A stretch of 41,384 nt of DNA, from assembly GCA_964396505.1 (NCBI GenBank), contig CAYNFJ010000001.1, positions 1 through 41,384 of the forward strand, read 5' to 3'. A program made the position numbers and the translations under genes. Origin of the DNA: an uncultured Polaribacter sp. Its GTDB lineage: Bacteria; Bacteroidota; Bacteroidia; Flavobacteriales; Flavobacteriaceae. Below the pieces are notes generated by a model. That model had not been told where the DNA came from. It did not search any database and worked only from the letters and a program-made list of their open reading frames with translations. Shown one piece after another: positions 8,270-18,449 of the stretch (position 1 is its first letter; every line of letters starts with the position of its first letter).

Positions 8270-9517
8270 ATGAAACAAAGACGTGTAGTAGTTACCGGAT
8301 TAGGAGCTCTGACGCCGATAGGCAATGACGTAACAGCATATTGGGATGCGTTAATTCATGGAGTCAGCGGTGCTGCTCCTATCACCCATTTTGATGCCAG
8401 CAAATTTAAAACGCAATTTGCTTGCGAAGTGAAAAATTTTGAAGTGACCGACTTTATCCCCCGTAAAGAAGCGCGAAAAATGGATCGCTTTACACAATAC
8501 GCTATGGTGGCAGCAGATGAAGCTGTACAGGATTCTAAACTGGATTTAGAAGCAGAAGATTTAAATAGAATTGGCGTGATCTGGGGTGCCGGTATTGGCG
8601 GATTGGAGACCTTTCAAAATCAAATGATTGATTTTGCCAACGGAAATGGAACTCCACGATTCAATCCATTTTTTATTCCCAAGATGATTGCAGATATTGC
8701 TCCGGGACAAATATCCATTAAATATGGTTTTAGAGGACCCAATTTTGCTACGGTTTCTGCCTGTGCTTCTTCCTCAAATGCGTTGATTGATGCGATGAAT
8801 TACATCCGGTTGGGCTATGCCGATGTCATGGTGTCCGGTGGTTCAGAAGCTACTGTGGCTATTGCCGGTATCGGTGGTTTTAATGCCCTGCAAGCTTTAT
8901 CAACCAGAAATGACGATCCTAAAACCGCTTCCAGACCTTTTGATAAAGACCGCGACGGTTTTGTGTCCGGAGAAGGTGCCGGAGCCTTGATCTTAGAAGA
9001 ATACGAACATGCCAAAGCCCGGGGAGCTACAATTTATGCCGAAATGGGCGGTGGCGGCTTATCCGCAGATGCCTATCACATCACAGCACCGCATCCCGAA
9101 GGATTAGGCGCTAAATTAGTAATGGAAAACTGCTTACGCGATGCCGGAGTTCAAAAAGAAGAGGTCGATGCCATTAACGTACACGGTACAGCAACTCCGC
9201 TGGGCGATATCGCCGAAGTTAAAGCCATTCAAGAGGTTTTTGGCGAACACGCTTACAAGCTGAATATCAATTCTACCAAGTCTATGACCGGGCATCTATT
9301 AGGTGCAGCAGGTGCCATTGAGGCGATTGCCTCTGTTTTAGCTATCAAAAACGGAATAATTCCACCGACCATCAACCATTTTACAGATGATGATGCGATT
9401 GATAATAAATTGAACTTTACTTTTAATAAAGCTCAAAAAAGGGAGGTCAATATTGCGATGAGTAATACCTTTGGCTTTGGCGGACATAATGCTTGCATTC
9501 TCTTTAAAAAGATTTAA
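8270..9517 (+). CDS. fabF: Beta-ketoacyl-ACP synthase II
   Basis: Active-site Cys context TVSACASSSNA and His motifs HGTATPLGD and TGHLLGAAG. I prefer the ATG at 8270 (MKQRRVVVTGLG) to the TTG at 8261. Confidence 0.95.
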   Translation: MKQRRVVVTGLGALTPIGNDVTAYWDALIHGVSGAAPITHFDASKFKTQFACEVKNFEVTDFIPRKEARKMDRFTQYAMVAADEAVQDSKLDLEAEDLNRIGVIWGAGIGGLETFQNQMIDFANGNGTPRFNPFFIPKMIADIAPGQISIKYGFRGPNFATVSACASSSNALIDAMNYIRLGYADVMVSGGSEATVAIAGIGGFNALQALSTRNDDPKTASRPFDKDRDGFVSGEGAGALILEEYEHAKARGATIYAEMGGGGLSADAYHITAPHPEGLGAKLVMENCLRDAGVQKEEVDAINVHGTATPLGDIAEVKAIQEVFGEHAYKLNINSTKSMTGHLLGAAGAIEAIASVLAIKNGIIPPTINHFTDDDAIDNKLNFTFNKAQKREVNIAMSNTFGFGGHNACILFKKI

Positions 9518-9530
9518 ATCTATTTAAAAA

Positions 9531-10268
9531 TTGAGTCTAATTCAAAAAATAACATTTTCAAAAAATACTGAAGAAAACCTTTTTGCCGGCAAAATTAAAA
9601 CCTTAACAGGATATAAAGCTAAGAATTTAGCTCTGTATAAAATGGCATTTACCCATAAATCCGCTAGTAAGAAAGATGAAGAAGGGCATATCTTGAATTA
9701 TGAGCGTCTGGAATTTTTAGGCGATGCACTTTTAGATGCTTCTATTACTTCTTTTTTGTATCACAATTTACCGGATAGCAGTGAAGGAGAATTGACTCAA
9801 ATGCGGTCCAAGATTGTCAGTCGTAAGCACCTGAATGAAATAGGCAAAGATCTTGATTTAGTCTCATTAGCCAAAAAACCTTCTTCCAAAAGAACTTTTA
9901 GCTACAATGTATATGGGGATTTGTTCGAGGCTTTGGTCGCAGCCATTTATTTGGATAGAGGCTATGTGATTATGGACAAATTTATCCATAAAAAATTAAT
10001 AAAACCCTATGTAAATCTAGAACAATTATCAGGAAAAATAAGTAGTTATAAAAGCCTTTTTATAGAATGGTGCCAGAAAAATCAGAAAAAATATGAATTT
10101 GTCACCTTTGAAGATTCCGGAAACAGCCGGACCAAATACTTTTCGGTAAAACTCTATATCAATACTAAAATTGTCAGTAAAGGAAGAGCAACTTCTAAGA
10201 AAAAAGCGGAAGAAATAGCTTGTAAAAGAGCCTATTACAAATACCAAAATCAAATGACCGGTTCTTAA
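9531..10268 (+). CDS. rnc: Ribonuclease III
   Basis: Signature ERLEFLGDA plus a C-terminal dsRNA-binding region (SKGRATSKKKAEEIACKRA). The only in-frame start after the fabF stop is TTG 9531, so the start is uncertain. Confidence 0.9.
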   Translation: MSLIQKITFSKNTEENLFAGKIKTLTGYKAKNLALYKMAFTHKSASKKDEEGHILNYERLEFLGDALLDASITSFLYHNLPDSSEGELTQMRSKIVSRKHLNEIGKDLDLVSLAKKPSSKRTFSYNVYGDLFEALVAAIYLDRGYVIMDKFIHKKLIKPYVNLEQLSGKISSYKSLFIEWCQKNQKKYEFVTFEDSGNSRTKYFSVKLYINTKIVSKGRATSKKKAEEIACKRAYYKYQNQMTGS

Positions 10269-10298
10269 TTATAACCGGTAAAAATCAGTTACGCACCA

Positions 10299-10775
10299 AT
10301 GGCCATAAAAAAACATCATTTAAGCCTGGATGATACCTTTGAAGAAACCTTTCATCTATTGGCTATTTACAGCAATCTGGAAGCGTACAGAATGGCTTTT
10401 GTGCTAAATAAAACCCTTGATCTTAACTTGATAAAAACAGTTTCAATACATCGTAAAAAAGAAGGTGCCGAGTTTGATGTATATGAGTTTTCTGATCCCG
10501 ATTATTACCGGAGCTGGTTGCTGCTTCACAACTACGCTTTTGTACAAACAAAACAAAGTACGGTCGATTTATTTTCACAGGATGCTATTTTTGAACAAAA
10601 GCTTGTGTATCACAAAGAGTTAAAAAAAGCCCCTTTTCTACTCAAAATAATAGCCGATATTAACAGTGCTTTTCTACAAAACACAGTGCATAAATTACAA
10701 AAACACCCGCTTATTTATACTGTTGACCTGATAGATATTACACAACTTAAAAACCAAAAATTACTAATTTTTTAA
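10299..10775 (+). CDS. IPExxxVDY family protein (Bacteroidota-specific, function unknown)
   Basis: 158 aa. The N-terminus FHLLAIYSNLEAYRMAFVLNKTL and the position between rnc and pyk match this family as I recall it. The C-terminal motif is degenerate here (HPLIYTVDLI). Confidence 0.65.
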   Translation: MAIKKHHLSLDDTFEETFHLLAIYSNLEAYRMAFVLNKTLDLNLIKTVSIHRKKEGAEFDVYEFSDPDYYRSWLLLHNYAFVQTKQSTVDLFSQDAIFEQKLVYHKELKKAPFLLKIIADINSAFLQNTVHKLQKHPLIYTVDLIDITQLKNQKLLIF

Positions 10776-10777
10776 CC

Positions 10778-12226
10778 ATGCAACAAACCAAAAAAACCAA
10801 AATAGTAGCGACTCTGGGTCCGGCCTGCAATACCAAAGCGATTCTTCGTGAAATGATTCTTTCCGGTGTCAATGTATTTCGTATTAATTTTTCACACGCT
10901 ACCCATGAGGTCGCCGAAAACCATATAAGAATCATCCGGGAACTCAATAAAGAACTGGGTTTCCATGTCGCTATTCTCGCTGATTTACAGGGACCTAAAT
11001 TACGGGTTGGTGAAATGGAAAAAGGAACCAAATTAAAAAAAGGAGACTCCTTTATCTTTACCACTCAAAAAACCATCGGGAATAAAGATAGCGCCTATAT
11101 GACTTATAAAAGATTTCCCAAAGATGTCAAAACAGGGGAAACTATTTTGGTCGATGATGGCAAATTATTGTTTAGGGTTATAGAAACCAACCGCGTTGAC
11201 CAAGTGATTACAGAAGTGATTCGCGGAGGAAAATTAAAATCCAAAAAAGGGGTCAATCTTCCCAATACAGCCATCTCACTGCCGGCGCTAACCAAAAAAG
11301 ATAAAAAAGATGTGGTATTTGCCATTGAACAAAAAGTAGATTGGATCGCCTTGTCCTTTGTACGAACAGCTCAAGATGTTAAAGAGTTGCGGAATTATAT
11401 AGACGAACGATCGGATTATAAAATACCCATCATTGCCAAAATTGAAAAACCGGAAGCCCTCACCCACTTTGATGAAATTGTGACGCAATGCGATGGATTG
11501 ATGGTTGCCCGAGGAGATTTAGGGGTAGAAATACCGATGGAAAAGGTCCCTTTGGTTCAAAAAAAGATTGTAATAGCTGCTAAAAAAGCACATAAACCGG
11601 TCATTATTGCTACCCAAATGATGGAAACGATGATTACCAATCAAGTGCCTACCAGAGCCGAAGTAAACGATGTTGCCAACTCTATTATGGACGGTACAGA
11701 CGCCGTCATGCTGTCCGGTGAAACTTCTGTGGGCGCTTATCCGGTTGAGGTGATTAAACAGATGCGGAGTATTATTGAAAGTGTAGAAGATTCTCCCTTA
11801 ATTTCTATTCCACACAGTCCCGTTACAGATGTAAAAGCAGACCGCTATATTTCCAAAAGCATCTGTTCCAATGCAGTGAATATTGCCAATGACATTCAAG
11901 CTAAAGTCATCTCTACATTGACCAATTCAGGATATACCGCCTTTCAAATATCAGCCGGACGTCCCAAATCAATTATTCTGGCGTTTACTTCTAACAGACG
12001 TATTATGACCATGCTCAATCTACTATGGGGTGTAAAATCTTATTATTACGACAAGATGGTTTCAACAGACGAAACCGTAATCGACATCAATCAAATCGCC
12101 AAAAGAAAAGGGTATTTGACTAAAGGTGATTTTGTAATTAACCTAACCTCTATGCCTTTAAAGGATAAAGGGATGGTAAATACCCTGCGCATTACAAAAA
12201 TCAAAGAAAATAAACCTATTGATTAA
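10778..12226 (+). CDS. pyk: Pyruvate kinase
   Basis: 482 aa with TKIVATLGPA, MVARGDLGVEIP and the C-terminal allosteric domain. It starts 2 nt after the preceding stop. Confidence 0.96.
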   Translation: MQQTKKTKIVATLGPACNTKAILREMILSGVNVFRINFSHATHEVAENHIRIIRELNKELGFHVAILADLQGPKLRVGEMEKGTKLKKGDSFIFTTQKTIGNKDSAYMTYKRFPKDVKTGETILVDDGKLLFRVIETNRVDQVITEVIRGGKLKSKKGVNLPNTAISLPALTKKDKKDVVFAIEQKVDWIALSFVRTAQDVKELRNYIDERSDYKIPIIAKIEKPEALTHFDEIVTQCDGLMVARGDLGVEIPMEKVPLVQKKIVIAAKKAHKPVIIATQMMETMITNQVPTRAEVNDVANSIMDGTDAVMLSGETSVGAYPVEVIKQMRSIIESVEDSPLISIPHSPVTDVKADRYISKSICSNAVNIANDIQAKVISTLTNSGYTAFQISAGRPKSIILAFTSNRRIMTMLNLLWGVKSYYYDKMVSTDETVIDINQIAKRKGYLTKGDFVINLTSMPLKDKGMVNTLRITKIKENKPID

Positions 12227-12245
12227 CCAATAAAGTATCAAAGCA

Positions 12246-14369
12246 TTATAAAAATTCCTTGAGCAAGGCTATTATCTTTGTGTTTTTGTCCTCAATGGCC
12301 ATTGTTTTGAGTAGATCTAAATAGTTGTCTTTAAACTCCGGATAGGTTCTGATAAAATCAACTGCCCGGTACCGCACATAAGAATTTTTTAGCAACAAAG
12401 CCTTTCCTACAAAGGTATTGGCTGTTGAAAAATTTGTTTTATCAGTAAAATCTACCGGACAATTACCACTGTTTAAAATCATTAAATACGTAAGATATTC
12501 TTTATTGGAATTAGCCGATTGGATAAGAGAAAGTATCCCTTTGGAACTCACATGTTTGCTGAGATCATATATTGTAGCGACTAAAGATTGGCGCTCCTCT
12601 TCTTCGCGTGATTTTAAATACTTTCCGGCATAGGGAAATATCTTGCTGATAGCCTCTTCCGGACGATTGGAAGTTTGAGAAGGTTTAGATTCCGATTTTT
12701 TAGCCCAAGTATCCTTCAATGCCACCGTACGATTAAACACCAAATTAGCTGCTGTTGTGTCTTTATCAACCACAAAATATCCCAATCGTTGAAATTGAAA
12801 TCTATCGCCAACCTTAGCAAGTGCTAAACTGGGTTCAACAAAAGCATTTTTGTTAATAGATAGGGAATTCGGGTTGATAAACTCGATAAAATCTTTTTCT
12901 TTATCGGCATCGGGAGCTTCATGTAAGAATAACCGGTCATAAATACGCACCTCTACTTGCTTGGCATGTGCTATAGACACCCAATGTAAGGTTCCTTTTA
13001 CCTTTCGTTTACTGGCTTCGGTACCGCTGCCACTGAGAGAATCTTTATCATAGGTACAATGAATTTCGATTATATTTCCATTGTTGTCTTTTACAACACC
13101 CGTCGCTTTGATGATATAAGCATTTTTTAAACGTACTTCCCCACCCAACTTTAATCGAAAGAATTTTTTAGGAGCTTCTTCTTTAAAATCTTCCCGTTCA
13201 ATATAGATTTCACGCGAAAAAGGGACTTCTCTGGAACCAAAATTGGCATCATAATCATTATATGAAGCTTGTAATAGCTCGGTTTTATCTTCCGGATAAT
13301 TCGTGATAAGCAATTTTACCGGATTCAGCACTGCCATCACTCTAGGTGCTGTTTTATTCAAATCATCACGAACAGAATACTCTAAAAGAGCCACATCGGT
13401 TACATTATCTCTTTTGGATATTCCGGCAGTTTCACTAAAATTAATAATAGAAGCCGGCGTATATCCTCTTCGTCTTAGCCCTGAAATAGTGGGCATTCTG
13501 GGATCATCCCAACCGGTGACATAGCCTTCATTGACCAATCGCAATAATTTACGCTTACTCATAATGGTATAGCTCAAATTACGACGGGCAAACTCCCGCT
13601 GTTTGGGGCGTAACTTATTAGGGTCACGAATCTGATCTACATACCAATCGTACAAAGGTCGGTGAGGTTTAAACTCCAATGTACAGATAGAATGAGAGAT
13701 TTGTTCAATATAATCCGATTCTCCATGCGTCCAATCGTACATCGGATAAATTTTCCAAGTCGTACCGGTTCTATGATGCGCCTTATGTAAGATACGATAC
13801 ATAATGGGGTCACGCATATGCATATTGACATGTGACATATCTATTTTGGCACGTAAAACGGCAGCTCCTTCAGCCAATTCTCCTCTTTTCATTTGTTCAA
13901 ACAATTCCAGATTCTCTGTGACACTCCGGTCTCTATAAGGACTGTTGGTGCCGGGTTCTGTGGGTGTTCCTTTTTGCGCCGCAATTTCTTCGGAAGTCTG
14001 ATTATCTACATACGCCTTTCCCTCTTTAATCAATTGGACTGCCCATTGGTATAATTGGTCAAAATAATCGGATGAATATAATTCTTTGTCCCAATGAAAT
14101 CCGAGCCATTGTATATCTTCTTTTATGGCATCTACATATTCTTGTTCTTCTTTGGCCGGATTGGTATCATCAAAACGAAGATTTACCGGTGCTTGATACC
14201 GGATTCCCAAACCAAAATTGAGACAAATAGAGGCGGCATGTCCAATGTGCAAATAGCCATTGGGCTCCGGTGGAAAACGAAAACGAAGTTGATTTTGGGG
14301 CAATCCGTTAGCGAGATCTTCTTCTATGATTTGTTCTAAAAAATTAAGTGATTTCTTATTTTCTGACAT
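12246..14369 (-). CDS. glnS: Glutamine--tRNA ligase with a 149-aa C-terminal extension
   Basis: HIGH motif (GYLHIGHA) and KMSKS variant (IMSKRKL). The canonical GlnRS end FNRTVALKDTWAKK is followed by 149 further residues in the same frame, giving 707 aa in total. Confidence 0.93.
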   Translation of the reverse strand: MSENKKSLNFLEQIIEEDLANGLPQNQLRFRFPPEPNGYLHIGHAASICLNFGLGIRYQAPVNLRFDDTNPAKEEQEYVDAIKEDIQWLGFHWDKELYSSDYFDQLYQWAVQLIKEGKAYVDNQTSEEIAAQKGTPTEPGTNSPYRDRSVTENLELFEQMKRGELAEGAAVLRAKIDMSHVNMHMRDPIMYRILHKAHHRTGTTWKIYPMYDWTHGESDYIEQISHSICTLEFKPHRPLYDWYVDQIRDPNKLRPKQREFARRNLSYTIMSKRKLLRLVNEGYVTGWDDPRMPTISGLRRRGYTPASIINFSETAGISKRDNVTDVALLEYSVRDDLNKTAPRVMAVLNPVKLLITNYPEDKTELLQASYNDYDANFGSREVPFSREIYIEREDFKEEAPKKFFRLKLGGEVRLKNAYIIKATGVVKDNNGNIIEIHCTYDKDSLSGSGTEASKRKVKGTLHWVSIAHAKQVEVRIYDRLFLHEAPDADKEKDFIEFINPNSLSINKNAFVEPSLALAKVGDRFQFQRLGYFVVDKDTTAANLVFNRTVALKDTWAKKSESKPSQTSNRPEEAISKIFPYAGKYLKSREEEERQSLVATIYDLSKHVSSKGILSLIQSANSNKEYLTYLMILNSGNCPVDFTDKTNFSTANTFVGKALLLKNSYVRYRAVDFIRTYPEFKDNYLDLLKTMAIEDKNTKIIALLKEFL

Positions 14370-14385
14370 ACGCTGATATTATAGG

Positions 14386-14393
14386 ACAAAAGT
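14386..14393 (-). promoter_or_regulatory. Candidate -7 promoter box for glnS
   Basis: Plus-strand CAAAAGTA is TACTTTTG on the minus strand, 17 nt upstream of the glnS ATG. Confidence 0.5.
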
Positions 14394-14435
14394 AATTAAA
14401 TAGTTTTGAATTATTTATAATTATAGCAATCCAAT

Positions 14436-14471
14436 AAAAAAAGCCGCTACATTGAAGAATATAACGGCTTT
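14436..14471 (-). terminator. Probable terminator of the ACIII operon
   Basis: On the minus strand: stem around GCCG/CGGC extended by A:T pairs (7 bp, then 2 more after a mismatch), followed by a T-run. It lies about 20 nt after the actF stop. The GC core is short, so this is a moderate call. Confidence 0.5.
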
Positions 14472-14489
14472 CTGTATTGTTTAAAGTGT

Positions 14490-15845
14490 TTAGTTATGAT
14501 ACTCTTCACTTTCTTTTAAATACGGATTGCCTTTTGCCAATAAAGGCTGTTTGGACATCGCATTGAATCCACAGAAAATAAACAAGCCTAAAAAGAATAA
14601 TAAAGCCCCTATTTCAGGAATTCCAAAATGCCATTGTGAACCTACTGTAGAAGGCATTACCATCACAAACACATCAATATAATGTCCTACTAATATGACA
14701 AGTCCTACGATGGTGACTACAGTGAATTTACGTTTCCAAGCCGTATCCATCAATATTAAGATAGGGAAAGCGAAATTCAAGGCAATCATCAGATAGAATA
14801 TAAAATTATAATCGTGTACACGCTGGGCAAAATAGGTCGTTTCTTCCGGCATATTGGCATACCATATCAACATATATTGTGCAAACCATAAATAGGTCCA
14901 AAAGATACTAAACCCGAACATATACACTCCTAAATCGTGTAAGTGACTGTCATTGACAAAGGGTAAGAATCCTTTGGTTTTTAAATAGATTGTTACCAGC
15001 GCAATAACCGTAACCGCTGATACAACAGCACTGGCAAAAATATACCAAGCAAATAAGGTGCTAAACCAATGCGGGTCTAATGACATAATCCAATCCCAAG
15101 ATAAGGCAGACTCAGATAACATAAAGAAAACCAAGAACAGAATACTGTATTTAAATCCTTTTTCGTGTGCTTTATAATCGGTTGCTTCATCTTGTTCCAA
15201 AGATTTTTTACGAATGATATATCTAAAGAAAATATATCCAATGATATAGATTGCTCCTCTGATAAGCCAACCCGGGATATTCAACCACCAACTTTTACCG
15301 GCAAGAATAGCATCGCCATCAGCGTGCATCCAAGGGTAAAAATGATTCATTCCCAAAGCCGAAGCCAATAGAAATAAGAACATCAAAAGCCCCAGCGGAA
15401 CTAAATTGGCAGAAAGTCCTTCCATAACACGGAATAAAACTACGGACCAGCCTGCGGATGCGGCAATTTGGATGACATAAAATGCGAAGATTAACAAAGC
15501 AATCATAAAGAAAAAGAACAAGGAAACAAAAAAAGCTGCCCAAGGTCTGTTTTTAAGTTGATTTAATACATGCGCTTCGTGTTCTTCTGTGTTGGCAGCA
15601 TGTGCAGCGTCTTTATGAGATTCTGCTTCATGCATTTGTTTATGAGAACCATACTGAATAGCACGTGGATCTATTTTTGCTGCTTCTGCTTTTTGAGCAG
15701 CTAGTTCTTTTTGGTGTGCTATGGTCTCTTTGGCATCTTCTAACGTTTTACTACTTCCCGTAATAAAGCCATATCCAATACCAAAAACACCGATTACCAT
15801 CAATGCTATTGCGAAAACTTTTAATTTGCCTGAAAATTGATACAT
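14490..15845 (-). CDS. actF: Alternative complex III subunit ActF (polytopic membrane, NrfD-like)
   Basis: 451 aa, many TM helices, last gene of the act cluster. A His/Glu/Ala-rich soluble insert (HEAESHKDAAHAANTEEHEAH) follows the first TM. Confidence 0.8.
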   Translation of the reverse strand: MYQFSGKLKVFAIALMVIGVFGIGYGFITGSSKTLEDAKETIAHQKELAAQKAEAAKIDPRAIQYGSHKQMHEAESHKDAAHAANTEEHEAHVLNQLKNRPWAAFFVSLFFFFMIALLIFAFYVIQIAASAGWSVVLFRVMEGLSANLVPLGLLMFLFLLASALGMNHFYPWMHADGDAILAGKSWWLNIPGWLIRGAIYIIGYIFFRYIIRKKSLEQDEATDYKAHEKGFKYSILFLVFFMLSESALSWDWIMSLDPHWFSTLFAWYIFASAVVSAVTVIALVTIYLKTKGFLPFVNDSHLHDLGVYMFGFSIFWTYLWFAQYMLIWYANMPEETTYFAQRVHDYNFIFYLMIALNFAFPILILMDTAWKRKFTVVTIVGLVILVGHYIDVFVMVMPSTVGSQWHFGIPEIGALLFFLGLFIFCGFNAMSKQPLLAKGNPYLKESEEYHN

Positions 15846-15898
15846 ATTTTTAAAATATTACAGTATTTCTAAAACCACTATGAGTTTAAAAACTATTC

Positions 15899-16438
15899 TT
15901 ATTTATTCTTTAATTTAAGTACATATTGTACAACTTGCCAACGTTCTTTCTCGGTCAATTGCGAGGCATGAGAGCCCATCATATTACGACCGTAATAAAT
16001 TACGTGGTAAATACTTCCTTCGGTCAGCTCTCTGTCTTTGTAATTAGGAACGCCTAAGAATTTACCTCGTTTTACAAGGGTTCCTTGACCATCACCTTTT
16101 TCTCCATGGCATATTGCGCAATAGATATTGTACATTTTTTTACCATTCGCCAAATTGGCGTTGGTAACTGCCAAGGGAGATTTTAAGCTGTCTTTAGCCA
16201 TTGCATAACCCTCCAACCCTTCAGGAAATTCAAAAGGTTTTTTGCCACGTGCAATACTTCCTTTAGGAGGTGTCAATGCTGCCATACTATCCTTTAAAAC
16301 CGTATTCATACCATAAGGTTCATAAGGAACCGACACATACATATCGGGTGTATATTGAATATTGGGCTTACTACGATCACGAGTACAAGAGCTCAATGAT
16401 ACAATAAATCCTAACGTGATAAATATAAACTTATTCAT
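15899..16438 (-). CDS. actE: Alternative complex III subunit ActE (monoheme cytochrome c lipoprotein)
   Basis: Lipobox-type signal (FIVSLSSC), a single CAICH heme site and a downstream Met ligand region. It overlaps actD by 8 nt. Confidence 0.85.
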   Translation of the reverse strand: MNKFIFITLGFIVSLSSCTRDRSKPNIQYTPDMYVSVPYEPYGMNTVLKDSMAALTPPKGSIARGKKPFEFPEGLEGYAMAKDSLKSPLAVTNANLANGKKMYNIYCAICHGEKGDGQGTLVKRGKFLGVPNYKDRELTEGSIYHVIYYGRNMMGSHASQLTEKERWQVVQYVLKLKNK

Positions 16439-16979
16439 AATCTTCGGTATCTATCTTTTCGGTTACATTAATTTCTGTGGCGCCTGTTTTTTGTAGTAGC
16501 GCTTTTACATTGTCCAAATCTTTTTCTACTTCCAATTCCATAACAAAGGTATCATCGGTAGTACTGGGATAGGGATTTTCTGCTTTTTTCCAAGGCCATA
16601 ATCTACTGCGCAAATAAAAAGTAATCACCATTAAGTGAGCGGCAAAAAAGACCGTTAATTCAAAAAGGATGGTAACAAATGACAAGACGTTTTGTCCGTA
16701 AGTTCCATTTGGTTTCCCTCCAAAATCTTGAGGCCAATCTTGAATCATCGTATATTTTGTCAACCACATAGCGGTCAATAATCCGGTAACTCCAAATAAG
16801 AAGGAAGCAATGGCAATTCTAGTGGGTTTTAAACCCATTGCTTTATCCAAACCGTGAACCGGAAAAGGGGTATAAACCTCTTCTATGTCGTGGTCTTCGG
16901 CACGAACAGCTTTTACAGCATCCATTAAAACTTCGTCATCATTGTACGAAGCGTGAACTACATAATATTTTTTACTCAT
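16431..16979 (-). CDS. actD: Alternative complex III subunit ActD (DUF3341)
   Basis: 182 aa: soluble N-terminal domain, two TM helices and a C-terminal domain, matching the ActD layout. It overlaps actC by 8 nt. Confidence 0.85.
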   Translation of the reverse strand: MSKKYYVVHASYNDDEVLMDAVKAVRAEDHDIEEVYTPFPVHGLDKAMGLKPTRIAIASFLFGVTGLLTAMWLTKYTMIQDWPQDFGGKPNGTYGQNVLSFVTILFELTVFFAAHLMVITFYLRSRLWPWKKAENPYPSTTDDTFVMELEVEKDLDNVKALLQKTGATEINVTEKIDTEDYE

Positions 16980-18366
16980 GACTCTTGTCTCTTAAGTTTT
17001 TATGATATTGACCTGTTTTCTTTAATATGGTTTTTACTTCGGCTTGAGCAATCACCGGAAAAGTTCTGGCGTATAATAAAAATAATACAAAGAAAAATCC
17101 TAGGGTTCCTATAAATATTCCTATATCTACAAAGGTAGGTTCAAAACGACCCCAAGCAGAAGGTAAATGGCCTTTACTCAATACAATGGCAATAATATCA
17201 AAACGCTCAAACCACATTCCGATATTGATGGCAATAGAAATCAAGAACGACCAAATAAAACTGGTACGCACTTTTTTGAACCATAAGAATTGTGGAATGA
17301 CGATATTAAATAATATCAATGACCAAAATGCCCACCAATAAGGTCCGGTTGCGGCACCCACTGACATATAGGTATAATTTTCATAAGGACTACCGGTGTA
17401 CCAACCTATAAAAAATTCGGTAATATAAGCCGTCGCTACAATACCTCCGGTTAACAAAATCACCATATTCATATTTTCAATATGCTTACGGGTGATATAA
17501 TTTTCTAAATGGGTTACTTTACGCATAATCCCTAATAGGGTTTGCACCATCGCAAAACCAGAAAAGATAGCCCCTGCCACAAAGTATGGCGGGAAAATAG
17601 TACTGTGCCATCCCGGGTTAATAGAAGTGGCAAAGTCCATAGATACAATGGTATGTACCGACAATACCAATGGAGTAGCCAAACCGGCTAATACCAAGGA
17701 TACTTCTTCAAAACGTTGCCAATCTTTGGCTCTTCCTGTCCATCCAAAACTCAATAAACTATAGATTTTCTTTTGGAAAGGGCGAACGGCTCTATCACGA
17801 ATCATCGCAAAATCAGGTAGTAAACCTGTCCACCAGAAAACCAATGAAACCGACAAGTAGGTTGAAATGGCAAATACATCCCAAAGCAATGGAGAGTTAA
17901 AATTGACCCACAGGCTTCCAAATTGGTTCGGGATAGGCAAGGTAAAATAGCCATCCCATATACGTCCCATATGAATTAACGGGAACAGTCCGGCTTGGAA
18001 TACCGCAAAAATAGTCATCGCTTCTGCCGAACGGTTGATAGCCATACGCCACTCTTGTCTAAAGAGCAACAATACCGCTGAAATCAAGGTTCCGGCGTGA
18101 CCGATACCTACCCACCATACAAAGTTGGTAATATCCCAGGCCCAGCCTATATTCTTATTTAGACCCCAAGTACCAATACCGGTACCGATGGTGTAAGTAA
18201 TAGCTCCTATTCCCCATAAAAAAGCTAATAAGGCAATCGTAAAAGCTATCCACCAATTTCTATTGGCTCTTGTTTCAATAGGTCTTGCAATATCTACAGA
18301 AATATCATGATAGGATTTTTTCCCTAAAATCAACGGCTCTCTGTAAGGTGATTCGTAATGAGACAT
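16972..18366 (-). CDS. actC: Alternative complex III subunit ActC (NrfD/PsrC-type quinol-binding membrane subunit)
   Basis: 464 aa polytopic Trp/Phe-rich membrane protein, in the position following actB. Confidence 0.88.
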   Translation of the reverse strand: MSHYESPYREPLILGKKSYHDISVDIARPIETRANRNWWIAFTIALLAFLWGIGAITYTIGTGIGTWGLNKNIGWAWDITNFVWWVGIGHAGTLISAVLLLFRQEWRMAINRSAEAMTIFAVFQAGLFPLIHMGRIWDGYFTLPIPNQFGSLWVNFNSPLLWDVFAISTYLSVSLVFWWTGLLPDFAMIRDRAVRPFQKKIYSLLSFGWTGRAKDWQRFEEVSLVLAGLATPLVLSVHTIVSMDFATSINPGWHSTIFPPYFVAGAIFSGFAMVQTLLGIMRKVTHLENYITRKHIENMNMVILLTGGIVATAYITEFFIGWYTGSPYENYTYMSVGAATGPYWWAFWSLILFNIVIPQFLWFKKVRTSFIWSFLISIAINIGMWFERFDIIAIVLSKGHLPSAWGRFEPTFVDIGIFIGTLGFFFVLFLLYARTFPVIAQAEVKTILKKTGQYHKNLRDKSHE

Positions 18367-18449
18367 ATTTGTTATGTTTATTTATTCTTAACTATTAATT
18401 GAATTATTTATAATTTTTTTGTTCCACAGAGGAACAGCGTTAAAATTAT

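Noticed and set aside
18420-18436. 6-bp hairpin TGTTCC-ACAGA-GGAACA in the 83-nt actB-actC intercistronic gap.
   Set aside because: On the transcribed (minus) strand it is followed by an A-run, not a U-run, so it is not an intrinsic terminator. It is too short to interpret and may be a minor mRNA stability element.
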